A stretch of 51,485 bases of DNA from Gemmatimonadales bacterium (GCA_038240975.1 JBBRGF010000002.1:1-51485); one strand, 5' to 3'. Positions 6,441-15,540 are shown, numbered from the stretch's first letter. Numbers and translations: made by a program. The notes: generated from the sequence alone by a model not told the origin.

Positions 6441-9305
6441 TCAGGTTGGGGGTTGGACTCCTGCACGAACGAACGAAGGGGCGCCCCGGCGGAACGCCGC
6501 CAGACGAGCGAGGTGACCTGCGGCGATATCCGTTCTCCCTAATGTTCGGGCCGCACGCGCTCGGAGCTCGAGGCTGGCGGGAAGATAGATCAGATAGACG
6601 ACGGCCCGATGGCTGTCGAGCTCTGCGGCGACTCGATCGGCTTCAGCAGGCTGCCCTCTGGCGAGAAGTAGTTCGGCCAGCGCCAGACGCTCGCCAGCCA
6701 AAGCCTCCCACGGTTGCCACACCAGATCCGCCTCAGGCGCGGAAGGCCGGAGGCCGGCAAGAAGCGCTCTTGCTTTCGCGGAGTCTCCCTGCACACGCGC
6801 CGTCTGCGCCTCGAGTATCCTCGCGAAGAGTGAGTCAGTCCTGTCCCTCGACGAGGCGGCCCGGCGTGCGGCCACTCCTGCCATCGCCGTCAGGTTCTCG
6901 AGATTGCCTCGGCTGGCTTCCCACTCTCCCAGCAACCAGAGATTGGGGCCCGGCATGGAGTCGTACTCCCGTCCCCGTTGAGCCGCCACCGCGGCTGCTT
7001 CCTTTTGGAATCCGGTTCCCGCGGCGGCGTCGAGCAGGTAGAGCAGACGAGCAGGCAGGCCCGATAGCTCGGCACGGGTGAGGAGCGAGTCGAGGGCGCC
7101 CGCTTGCCCCTCGGCGGCGAGGAGAGCCTGCAGACCGAGTAGCGCACCCCAACGATTCGCCACATCGGAGGTGGCGAGGACCGCCTGGAAACCCGCCCGA
7201 GCGCAGGCGGGATTGGCCCCGCCGGCTGCGAGCGCCTCGCTGGCACTCAGCACCTCGGTAGGTCTTTGCTCCGCCGCCTCACGCCATCGGATTTGGGCCG
7301 GGCCGCTCCGAACGCACTCGTCCATCAGTGAGAGCGACCGGCTGAAGGTACTGTCCGGGTCGGCCCGCTGGAGTCGTCGCAACAGTTGACCTGCTCGCAA
7401 CGTGTCGCCCCGCCGCAGCGCGATCTGCGCGAGGTGAAAGAGCGGTGGCGTGAACGCGGAGTCGGACTCTTGCGCTCGGACGAAGGCCGACTCCGCCAGT
7501 GAATCCAGAGAGAATGCCTGGGGCAGGAGATGGTAATACACCTCCCCCAAGGCCATCCAGGCTTCGCTCCACGTGGAATCGATTGCAATCGCGCCGCGGA
7601 AGTGGCCCACCGCCGAATCCGCGGCCCCCGCGAGATAGTCCCGCAGTCCGCGCGCGAACAGTACCAGCCGGGGCGAGAGCGCCGATTCGTGCCGCAGCGC
7701 GATCTCGACCAGCTGGAGGTCCGCGCCCGCTAGGGGCCAGTAGGCGGCTTGCGCGCCCTTGAGCGCGGCGATGGCCAGCGACGAGTCTTCGCTCAGCGCC
7801 TTGCGATAGTGCTCCAACGCCGCGCCGAAACGCATCCGGCGGTACTCCTGCTCGCCCTGGAGGAAGTTGGCGATCGCGGTGGGGTTGCGTTCGCTCAGCG
7901 CCGTGAGATCGACTTTGCGCCCGGGCTCAAGCAAGGCAGGCAACAGGTCGCCTACCGCGCGGAGACCGAGCCGGGGCAACGAAGCACCGGCCGAGTGGGA
8001 CGAGGCACCGGCGCGACGAAGAACCGAGTCGCCCGCGACGTCGTGCAGCCGCAGGACCACGGTGACCGAGTCCTGGCCCGTTACGATAGACCCGTCGATG
8101 TAGAAGCCGGCCCGCTGCGCCTTGCTGATTCCTTGGGCGACGGATGCGGGAAGGACCCGCTGGTGGTTCAGCTCGCCTTCGCCCAGAAAGTCTCGGCCTT
8201 CCATCCACTTGAGGGGTGCAGTGCCATCGAGGGCGTACCCGATGTATGTGGCCACCTCGTCACCGGATCCTTCTTCTCCTCTGCCGGACCCCTCCTGGAG
8301 GGGAAACACCATCACTCGGTTAGGGTCGAGTGTGACCGAGTTGCCTCGGTGAAATCGCCAATAGCCCAGGGCACCGATGAGTGCCACCCCAGCCGGGACG
8401 ACCACTCTCGCACCGAGGCCGCGGAGCCTGGGTGAAAGCCTCCGGCCGAGGCGAGGCCGGGCGCCGGTGTCGAGCGCCTCCGCGAATTCGGCAGCGGTCG
8501 AGAACCGGTCCGCGGGGACCTTCGCAAGCGCGGTCGTGAGGGCACTTTCGACCGCGGCAGAAATGTTGGGCCTTCGCACCCTGATCGGCGGAGGGGGATC
8601 GTGCAGATGGCGCGCCAGAATGGCCTGCGCCGTCCTGCCCTGGAAGGGCGGATCCCCTGCCAGCATCTCGTACAACACGCAGCCGAGGGCGTAGACATCG
8701 GTTCTGCCGTCTAGGCCGGTCTCGCCCGTGGCCTGTTCGGGACTCATGTAGTCGGGCGTGCCCACCGCCAGGCCAGCCTCGGTCAGCTGATCGCCCGCAG
8801 CGGCAGTGATCGCGCGCGCTATCCCGAAATCGGCGACCACGGCGTGGCCGGCGGAGAGCAGAATGTTGCCGGGTTTGATGTCCCGATGGACGATGTTGTT
8901 GACGTGCGCATAGCCTAGAGCGTCCGCTACCTCGCGCGCGATTCGCAACGCGTCCGGTACGGGGAGCTGCTTCTCCCGCGCCAGGCGGTCGCGCAGGGTT
9001 TCGCCCTGGACGAACGGCATGACGTAGTACAGCAGACCGTCGACCGCCCCGGAATCGTGCAGTGGCAGAATGTGTGGGTGCTGGAGACCCGCTTCGATCC
9101 GTATTTCGCGCAGGAAGCGGTCGGTCCCGAGACTTGCCGCCAGCTCGGGCCGGAGAACCTTGACGGCGACGTCCCGCCCGTGACGGAGATCGCGCGCCAG
9201 ATATACGGTCGCCATCCCACCGCGACCGAGCTCGCGGCCTACGACGTACCGTTCGGCGAGCGCCGCCTGAAGGCGGGTCAGCTCGTCTGCCACGACTCCG
9301 ACCAT
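6441..9305 (-). CDS. Ser/Thr protein kinase with predicted TM segment and large C-terminal TPR-like region (954 aa)
   Basis: It has GRGGMATVY, VAVK, HRDIKPGNILL, DFGIA and GTPDYMSPEQ. A hydrophobic stretch VVVPAGVALIGALGYW follows, and then about 600 aa of Ala/Leu-rich helical repeats. Confidence 0.92.
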   Translation of the reverse strand: MVGVVADELTRLQAALAERYVVGRELGRGGMATVYLARDLRHGRDVAVKVLRPELAASLGTDRFLREIRIEAGLQHPHILPLHDSGAVDGLLYYVMPFVQGETLRDRLAREKQLPVPDALRIAREVADALGYAHVNNIVHRDIKPGNILLSAGHAVVADFGIARAITAAAGDQLTEAGLAVGTPDYMSPEQATGETGLDGRTDVYALGCVLYEMLAGDPPFQGRTAQAILARHLHDPPPPIRVRRPNISAAVESALTTALAKVPADRFSTAAEFAEALDTGARPRLGRRLSPRLRGLGARVVVPAGVALIGALGYWRFHRGNSVTLDPNRVMVFPLQEGSGRGEEGSGDEVATYIGYALDGTAPLKWMEGRDFLGEGELNHQRVLPASVAQGISKAQRAGFYIDGSIVTGQDSVTVVLRLHDVAGDSVLRRAGASSHSAGASLPRLGLRAVGDLLPALLEPGRKVDLTALSERNPTAIANFLQGEQEYRRMRFGAALEHYRKALSEDSSLAIAALKGAQAAYWPLAGADLQLVEIALRHESALSPRLVLFARGLRDYLAGAADSAVGHFRGAIAIDSTWSEAWMALGEVYYHLLPQAFSLDSLAESAFVRAQESDSAFTPPLFHLAQIALRRGDTLRAGQLLRRLQRADPDSTFSRSLSLMDECVRSGPAQIRWREAAEQRPTEVLSASEALAAGGANPACARAGFQAVLATSDVANRWGALLGLQALLAAEGQAGALDSLLTRAELSGLPARLLYLLDAAAGTGFQKEAAAVAAQRGREYDSMPGPNLWLLGEWEASRGNLENLTAMAGVAARRAASSRDRTDSLFARILEAQTARVQGDSAKARALLAGLRPSAPEADLVWQPWEALAGERLALAELLLARGQPAEADRVAAELDSHRAVVYLIYLPASLELRARAARTLGRTDIAAGHLARLAAFRRGAPSFVRAGVQPPT

Positions 9306-9342
9306 GCGAATAACCTCTGACTACCCACTTCGTGCGGCGCGA

Positions 9343-10779
9343 TCACGCGGGGCGGAAGCTGCCCGCGATCGCCTCGAGGTTGGGCATGACTCCGATCACC
9401 GGGAGACCACTCGGAGCTTGAACGTCGGTGCCCGTCGCCTGGGCGCCGAGGCGCGCTCGCATTTCGGTTGAGGTGAGGGGGGACTTCCCCGTACTCACGA
9501 CCATCTGCTGCACCAGTATGGCGGCGCCGGCAATAATGGCGCTCGCGGCGCTCGTGCCGCGGAAGTTGGCGACGTAGCCCCGGTTGCCGTGCCCATCGGC
9601 CGTCGTCACGTTGTTGCCCCAGGCGTAGCAGTCGATGCGGGACCCGAAACTGGCACGCGCGATTCGACGGTGACCACCTTGTGTCACCGACGAACGGCAC
9701 GCGGACACCATGATGGCATAGGAGTCGATAAACGAGCCCGAGCCGCGCTTCAGGCTGTGGGTTGGCCTCGACTGCCCGACCGGCTTCGGAAGCGGCGCGT
9801 CGAGATCCCGGCCGCTGCTGGGCGTGCCGTTGCCGCCGGCCTCGACAACGACGATTCCCCGGCTGCCCACTGCCGTCTGGATCGCGATCAGGATGGTTTC
9901 GTCCACCTCGACCGGGTAGCCTGTCGCGGTCTCGATCTCGATCAGGAGGACGTCTCCCCTGCTCATCAGGGGGTAGATCTTGCTGATGGTGTTCGCGATG
10001 TCTGGGGTGAACGGCACCAGATTGGAGACCCAGGAGGCCACGCCGATGAACCTCGCGGCAGGCGCGATACCAGTGATTCCGTTGCCGGTCGACTGGGCGA
10101 CCACGATCCCGAGAACCGCTGTCCCATGGCTGGCATCATAGGGGTCGTTGACGTTGAAAATCGGCTTGAGACCGTTGCTGGGCGCGGGAAGCTCGACGTG
10201 ATTGAGATTCCAGCCCGATTCCAGATCCAGAAACCCAACCCCCGCTCCGTTGTAGAAACCCCACACACCGGCGGTATTGGCTCCGATTCCTTTCGGCGCG
10301 GCATGCAAGTAGCCCTGATCGATGACCATTGGATCGGGGGTGACGGACCACGGAGCGGGCGTTCTGAAGCCCTGTTCGGGATACGCGAGGTCGACCTCTC
10401 CCGGAATCGAGTTGAGATCTTTCAACAGCCGGTCCACGCCGGCGTCATCGAGTAGCCCGCGGGGGTCGACAATGAAATACCCGATGAGGCTGCGGGCCGG
10501 CGGGAACCCGGCGTCCGTCGCTTCCGCCTCTCGAGCCAGTATCTCCGCTGTCCGAGCGACGGTGACCACCCGGTGAGACAGGAGAGTACGCGGATAGCGC
10601 TCGAGCTTCGTCTGAAGCCCATCAAGCCCGAGAAGGGCGTGATCCTCGACAAGCGCACGAAGCGTTGGGATATCGGGGACGGACGTATCCAGGGCGCGAG
10701 CGGCGAGTTGAGCGACAACAGGCTGGGCGAGGCGCACAACGATCCGACCGCTGAACGGAGGGGTGACTCTTGGCGGCAT
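9343..10779 (-). CDS. S8 (subtilisin-like) serine peptidase without recognisable signal peptide
   Basis: Catalytic residues are present in order: D (GFLDLESGW), H (DASHGTAVLGIV), N (EAGGNG), S (FRGTSAASAIIAGAA). A strong SD (GGAGGTGGAGT) precedes the ATG at 10779. The track start at 10878 adds an Arg-rich extension. Confidence 0.85.
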   Translation of the reverse strand: MPPRVTPPFSGRIVVRLAQPVVAQLAARALDTSVPDIPTLRALVEDHALLGLDGLQTKLERYPRTLLSHRVVTVARTAEILAREAEATDAGFPPARSLIGYFIVDPRGLLDDAGVDRLLKDLNSIPGEVDLAYPEQGFRTPAPWSVTPDPMVIDQGYLHAAPKGIGANTAGVWGFYNGAGVGFLDLESGWNLNHVELPAPSNGLKPIFNVNDPYDASHGTAVLGIVVAQSTGNGITGIAPAARFIGVASWVSNLVPFTPDIANTISKIYPLMSRGDVLLIEIETATGYPVEVDETILIAIQTAVGSRGIVVVEAGGNGTPSSGRDLDAPLPKPVGQSRPTHSLKRGSGSFIDSYAIMVSACRSSVTQGGHRRIARASFGSRIDCYAWGNNVTTADGHGNRGYVANFRGTSAASAIIAGAAILVQQMVVSTGKSPLTSTEMRARLGAQATGTDVQAPSGLPVIGVMPNLEAIAGSFRPA

Positions 10780-11045
10780 ACTCCACCTCCGCCATGCCTG
10801 TAGGGCGCTCAGAGAGGTTCCGCCGGCCAGCTCCAGAAGTCTCCGGCCCAGGCGTGGGTTGGTCCAGCGATATCCCAATAACCATGGCTTACGATCGTGA
10901 ACCCAGCGTGAATGGAAACGGCACGATGGGCCGATTCACACGAGCTCAAATGATCAGGAGGGATCCGGTGGATGAATAATCATACGTGACGAAACAGGCG
11001 CCGGATAGAGCCAGAACCTGGCAGGGAGCGATCGGTGTCTCTTCT

Positions 11046-12518
11046 TCAGAGGATATACCGCCGCAAGTCGTCATCCCCCACGATCTTGGCCAGCCGCTCC
11101 CGCACGTTCTCGGCGTCGAAGACGATGCGCTTGGTGACGTAGTCGGGAAGCTCGAAGAGGACTTCCTCGAGCAGCGCCGACATGACCGTGTGCAGCCGCC
11201 GGGCGCCGATATTCTCCATCCGGTCGTTGGCCATGAAGGCCACCCGGGCGATCTCGGCGATTCCCGCCTCGGTGAACTCGAGCTCCGCTCCCTCCGCAGC
11301 CACCAGCGCACGATACTGCTTGGTGAGGGCGTTTTCCGGCTCGGTCATGATCCGGATGAAGTCCTGCTCGGTGAGGGGCAGCAGCTCGACCCGGATCGGG
11401 AACCGCCCCTGCAGCTCGGGGATCAGGTCCGACGGCTTGGAGACGTGGAATGCCCCGGCGGCAATGAAGAGAATGTGGTCGCTACGGACGTACCCGTAGC
11501 GGGTCTGGACGGTGGAGCCCTCGACGATCGGAAGGAGATCGCGCTGAACTCCCTCACGCGAGACGTCGGGCCCCCCGGCCTGGTTCCGCTCACCGGCGAT
11601 TTTGTCGATCTCGTCAATGAAGATGATGCCGTGGTTCTCGACGCGGTCGAGTGCCTCGTTTATCACGTCGTCCATGTCGACGAGCTTCTTGAGCTCCTCG
11701 TCGACCAGCACTCGGCGGGCCTCCGGCACCTTGACCGTGCGCCGCTTTTTACGCTTGGGCAGCATCTCCTGCAGCATTTCGGTGAAGTTGATGTCGGCCC
11801 CCTCCATTCCCTGGGGAGGCTGCATGAACTCCATCATCGGAAAGTTCTGGGGAAGGACCTCGATCTCGACCTCCCTGTCGTCGAGACGGCCGTCGCCCAG
11901 CATTTCGCGCAGCTTTTCCCGGGACCGCTGGCGCCGGTCGTCGTCACCCAGAGCCTCCGGGCTGGCCTGGCCGCTCGACGAGACCACGAACACCGGCGGC
12001 CGGTCGGACTTGTCGACCCGCTCGGCCGGCACCTGAGGCGGCGGCGCCGGAAGCAGCAGGTCGAGGAGACGTTCGTCGGCGCGCTGCTCGGCCTGCGGAT
12101 AGACCTCGTCCTCGCGCTCGGTGCGGACCATGTTGATCGCAGAATCGACCAGGTCGCGCACCATCGATTCGGCGTCGCGGCCGACGTAGCCCACCTCGGT
12201 GAACTTGGACGCCTCGACCTTGATGAACGGCGCGCCGCTCAACCGAGCCAGGCGGCGGGCCACCTCGGTTTTGCCGACGCCCGTGGGGCCGATCATGATG
12301 ATGTTGTACGGCGTGATCTCGTCGCGGATGTCGTCGGGTGCCTGGGCACGGCGCCACCGATTCCGCACGGCGATGGCCACCGCCTTCTTCGCGGCCTCCT
12401 GGCCGACGATGTAGCGGTCGAGCTCCGCGACGATCTGGCGTGGAGGCATTTCCTCCAGCCAGGGAATAGGGGCAGGGGCTTCGGGCTGGTCGACGATTTG
12501 TGCGACGGGCTCTGTCAT
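11046..12518 (-). CDS. hslU: ATP-dependent protease ATPase subunit HslU
   Basis: PRQIVAELDRYIVGQEAAKKAVAIAVRNRWRR, GPTGVGKTE, IIFIDEIDKI, and the C-terminal ..GDDDLRRYIL. The ATG was verified at 12518. Confidence 0.95.
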   Translation of the reverse strand: MTEPVAQIVDQPEAPAPIPWLEEMPPRQIVAELDRYIVGQEAAKKAVAIAVRNRWRRAQAPDDIRDEITPYNIIMIGPTGVGKTEVARRLARLSGAPFIKVEASKFTEVGYVGRDAESMVRDLVDSAINMVRTEREDEVYPQAEQRADERLLDLLLPAPPPQVPAERVDKSDRPPVFVVSSSGQASPEALGDDDRRQRSREKLREMLGDGRLDDREVEIEVLPQNFPMMEFMQPPQGMEGADINFTEMLQEMLPKRKKRRTVKVPEARRVLVDEELKKLVDMDDVINEALDRVENHGIIFIDEIDKIAGERNQAGGPDVSREGVQRDLLPIVEGSTVQTRYGYVRSDHILFIAAGAFHVSKPSDLIPELQGRFPIRVELLPLTEQDFIRIMTEPENALTKQYRALVAAEGAELEFTEAGIAEIARVAFMANDRMENIGARRLHTVMSALLEEVLFELPDYVTKRIVFDAENVRERLAKIVGDDDLRRYIL

Positions 12519-12526
12519 GTTCTTGA

Positions 12527-12602
12527 TGGAGAACGGAGAAAGGAGAACGGAGAAAGGGGGTTCCCTGTCTTCTCCGTTCTCCGTTCCCCGTTCACCGTTC
12601 TC
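12527..12602. repeat. heptamer-array palindromic element A (hslV-hslU spacer)
   Basis: GGAGAACGGAGAAAGGAGAACGGAGAA..(loop)..TTCTCCGTTCTCCGTTCCCCGTTCACCGTTCTCC. The inner 13-bp stem is perfect (GGAGAACGGAGAA/TTCTCCGTTCTCC). The outer heptamers overlap the last codons of hslV. Confidence 0.8.
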
Positions 12603-13137
12603 CTCCCAGCTCCAGCACGGTGATGTTCCGATTCGTGAACACGCAGATATCCGCGGAGATCTCGAGCGCGCGCTGGGCGATGTCCCGCGCGCTCTGGCCC
12701 TCGAGCGGAAGGAGCGCCCTGGCCGCAGCAAGCGCGAAGTTCCCTCCCGATCCGACTGAGACGAGGCCATCGTCAGGCTCGATCAGCTCGCCGGCTCCAC
12801 TCAGCAGGAAACAATGCTCGACCGCTGCGACGACGAGCAGCGCCTCGAGACGTCGAAGGATACGGTCGCTGCGCCAATCCTTGGCGAGCTCGACGGCGGC
12901 GCGGGGGAGATTGGCCGGGTAGCGGTCGAGTTTTTCCTCGAACTTTTCGTAGAGCGTGAGCGCGTCGGCAACCGAGCCCGCGAAGCCGGCAAGGACCTTA
13001 CCACCCTTGAGGGCGCGCACCTTGACCGAGTGAGCCTTGACGACCGTATCGCCGATGGTCACCTGGCCGTCGCCGCCGAGCGCGACGCGGCCGTCTTTTC
13101 TGACTGCGAGAATCGTGGTGCCGTGGAAGTTGATCAT
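12592..13137 (-). CDS. hslV: ATP-dependent protease subunit HslV
   Basis: [27 protein letters not shown].. contains the N-terminal catalytic Thr context. The ATG was verified at 13137. Confidence 0.95.
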   Translation of the reverse strand: MINFHGTTILAVRKDGRVALGGDGQVTIGDTVVKAHSVKVRALKGGKVLAGFAGSVADALTLYEKFEEKLDRYPANLPRAAVELAKDWRSDRILRRLEALLVVAAVEHCFLLSGAGELIEPDDGLVSVGSGGNFALAAARALLPLEGQSARDIAQRALEISADICVFTNRNITVLELGGER

Positions 13138-13142
13138 AAAAG

Positions 13143-13262
13143 CCGTAAACGGTAAACGGTAAATGGTGAACGCGACAAGCAACCGTTCTGGGGCTGCCCC
13201 CGCATTCCATTTCTCATCTCTCGTTTCCCCTTCTCCGTTGACCGTTCACCGTTCACCGTCCT
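13143..13262. repeat. heptamer-array palindromic element B (xerC-hslV spacer)
   Basis: The left arm is CCGTAAACGGTAAACGGTAAATGGTGAACG and the right arm is CCGTTGACCGTTCACCGTTCACCGTCC. They match at about 20/24 positions as an inverted repeat. Heptad periodicity continues into the roughly 55-nt spacer. The element abuts the xerC stop and ends 5 nt before the hslV ATG. Confidence 0.8.
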
Positions 13263-14228
13263 TCAAGCTCTCGGATGCGCCTGGTTGTACACCTTCTTGA
13301 GCCGCTCGACGCTGGTGTGGGTGTACACCTGCGTGGTACTGAGCGAAGCGTGGCCCAGCAGCTCCTGTACGGCACGGAGGTCGGCGCCGGCATCGAGCAT
13401 GTGAGTGGCAAAGGTATGGCGTAGCGAGTGCACCCTCAGCCTGGCGTCGCCACCGATAGCATCGAACATGGCATGGATGATTCGCTGAACGCTCCGAGGA
13501 GCGAGCCGCCTGCCGTTCCGGCTGACGAAAACCGCCCGGCGCTCGGCGCCACGGCGAGCGACCGCGACGTCTCGATGGTGAAGATAGCGGCGCAGCGCCA
13601 GCACCGCGCGCGACCCGACCGGTACGATGCGCTCCTTTCGTCCCTTTCCCAGCACCTTGGCCTGGTCGGAGAGAAGATCGAGATCCTCCAGGTTCATCCC
13701 ACTCAGCTCCGAAAGTCGGATCCCGGTGGAGTAGAAGAGCTCCAGAATGGCCAGGTCTCTGGTCGGCCCGAACTCGTCTCCCCCGGCTCGCGCTTCGGCC
13801 CACTCGAACAGGCGGTCGGTCTGGCCGCGGTCGAGGAAGGTGGGGAGGCGTTTGTCGAGCTTGGGCACCCTGGCCGAGCGGGCAACGCTGCTCGAAAGGT
13901 CGTGGTGCTCCTGGAGGAAACGGTAAAGGCTCCGAACGGCGGAAAGCGCCCGCGCGGCAGATCGTTTGGCCAATCCGCGCCGCTGAAGCTCGGCGAGGAA
14001 GCCGCGGAGGCCTAGACGGTCGACGGTGGTCCACGACCACCCTGCGCCGTAGTGCCGATCGCAGAAGTCGGAGAATGCATCGAGATCGCGGCCGTATGCC
14101 TTGACCGTGTGCGGTGACTGCCCACGCTCCTTTTCGAGGTGGGTGAGGAACTCAGCCATCTCCGACTTCACGGGCACTGGGATTGGTGGCATGTCACCAG
14201 CGTCTTCCCGTGTTTTCGGATTATTCAT
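13263..14228 (-). CDS. xerC: tyrosine recombinase XerC/XerD family
   Basis: It has the N-terminal SAM-like domain (FLTHLEKERGQSPHTVKAYGRDL) and the catalytic region HSLRHTFATHML..LLGHASLSTTQVYTH. The start may instead be an internal ATG (14192). Confidence 0.9.
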   Translation of the reverse strand: MNNPKTREDAGDMPPIPVPVKSEMAEFLTHLEKERGQSPHTVKAYGRDLDAFSDFCDRHYGAGWSWTTVDRLGLRGFLAELQRRGLAKRSAARALSAVRSLYRFLQEHHDLSSSVARSARVPKLDKRLPTFLDRGQTDRLFEWAEARAGGDEFGPTRDLAILELFYSTGIRLSELSGMNLEDLDLLSDQAKVLGKGRKERIVPVGSRAVLALRRYLHHRDVAVARRGAERRAVFVSRNGRRLAPRSVQRIIHAMFDAIGGDARLRVHSLRHTFATHMLDAGADLRAVQELLGHASLSTTQVYTHTSVERLKKVYNQAHPRA

Positions 14229-14241
14229 GAAGGACCTATCC

Positions 14242-15540
14242 TCATCGAATCTCCTTCAGAAACCGCGTAAAATCCTCCTGCGCCCGCTCGACCAGCAGTT
14301 CCTTCTTGCGGTCCTTCCTCACCTTTTCCCCGAGCGGATCGAGAAGGCCGAAGTTCGCGTTCATCGGCTGAAAGTGAGCCGAATCGGCCTCGCGAAGGTA
14401 ACGGTAGAGCCCGCCAAGCATCGTGGTCGGAGGAGGGACCTCCGCATCCAACCCCCGCAGCCGGCGCGCGAGGTTGATCCCGGCGAGCAGGCCGGTGCCG
14501 AGCGATTCCGTGTAGCCCTCGACGCCGGTGAGCTGCCCCGCGAAGAAGAGGCAGTCGTCGTCGCGCGCGGTCAGCGCCTTCTCGAGCGCGGCCGGACTGT
14601 TGACGTAGGCGTTGCGATGGATGCTGCCGTAGCGGAGAAATTCGGCGCACTCGAGCCCGGGTATCGTTCGAAAAACGCGTTGCTGCTCCGGAATGCGCAA
14701 CCTTGTCTGGAACCCGACCAGGTTCCACATCTGCCCCGCGCGATCCTCCCGGCGGAGCTGCACCACCGCATGCGGCTCACGGCCCGTGCCCGGGTCGGGA
14801 AGCCCGACGGGTTTCATGGGCCCGAATCGGAGTGTTTCCCTTCCTCGCCGCGCCATCTCCTCGACGGGAAGGCATCCCTCGAAGTACGGCACGTCGTCGA
14901 AGTCGTGCCCGTGGTGTTGATCGGCATCGAGCAGCGAGTCGAGGAAGCGCTCGTAGCCCGGGCCGTCGAACGGTGCGTTCAGATAGTCGTCGCCGCCGCC
15001 CTTGCCGTAGCGCGAGAGTGCGTAGAGGCGAGAGTGATCGAGGGAATCGTCGGCCACCACCGGCGCGATCGCGTCGTAGAACGCCAGCGCCGCGGCCCCC
15101 AGACGTGAGGAAATGGCGGAGGCCAGGCGTGCCGAGGTAAGTGGTCCGGTAGCGACGACACCGGGCGAAGGCAGGTCGGCCGCTTCCTCGTGCACCACCT
15201 GGATCTTAGGATGGCCGGTAACACGCCGGTGCACCTCCTCCGAGAAAATCTCGCGGTCGACCGCGAGCGCTGTGCCACCGGGCACCCGCGCGGCATCGGC
15301 GCACGGCAAGAGGAGACTACCCAGCGCCCGCAGCTCGGCCTTGAGCAGGCCGTGCGCGTTGGTGAGATCGACGGACTTGAAGGAGTTGCTGCAGACGAGC
15401 TCACCGAGCCGGTCGGTGCGATGCGCCGGAGTGGAAACCCGCGGCCGCATTTCGTACAGGGTCACTTGCACGCCGCGCTCAGCGAGCGCCCAGGCAGCCT
15501 CCGAGCCGGCGAGACCGCCGCCGACGACAGTGGCCTTCAC
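14242..15540 (-). CDS. trmFO: methylenetetrahydrofolate--tRNA-(uracil-5)-methyltransferase TrmFO
   Basis: (GTG)KATVVGGGLAGSEAAWALAERGVQVTLYEMRP..TPAHRTDRLGELVCSNSFKS. The GTG at 15540 overlaps the topA TGA (GTGA). Confidence 0.92.
   Translation of the reverse strand: MKATVVGGGLAGSEAAWALAERGVQVTLYEMRPRVSTPAHRTDRLGELVCSNSFKSVDLTNAHGLLKAELRALGSLLLPCADAARVPGGTALAVDREIFSEEVHRRVTGHPKIQVVHEEAADLPSPGVVATGPLTSARLASAISSRLGAAALAFYDAIAPVVADDSLDHSRLYALSRYGKGGGDDYLNAPFDGPGYERFLDSLLDADQHHGHDFDDVPYFEGCLPVEEMARRGRETLRFGPMKPVGLPDPGTGREPHAVVQLRREDRAGQMWNLVGFQTRLRIPEQQRVFRTIPGLECAEFLRYGSIHRNAYVNSPAALEKALTARDDDCLFFAGQLTGVEGYTESLGTGLLAGINLARRLRGLDAEVPPPTTMLGGLYRYLREADSAHFQPMNANFGLLDPLGEKVRKDRKKELLVERAQEDFTRFLKEIR

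Larger units (their letters stand above)
6087..6576. repeat. tandem segmental duplication, copy B (carries the intact small ORF and the real 3' end of the TPR kinase)
   Basis: See copy A. 6087-6155 is an orphan remnant of a kinase-domain C-terminus: LMEMGVVTALVKEPEARPGKRS-stop, compared with PEMELAVLAALAKEPEARPGSGAQ in the gene at 4974-5819. Confidence 0.8.

Noticed and set aside
12519-13262. Possible CRISPR array or coding tandem repeat (ENGERRTENGE-like translations)
   Set aside because: The repeat unit is only 7 nt with no spacers. The arrays are inverted rather than direct and lie between conserved genes, so they are palindromic extragenic elements and not CRISPR or a repeat protein.
13246-14040. 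264-aa alternative-frame ORF inside xerC
   Set aside because: It is on the same strand but out of frame with the recombinase, whose motifs (RHTFATH, LLGH..Y) are unambiguous. The product is Arg/Pro-rich.
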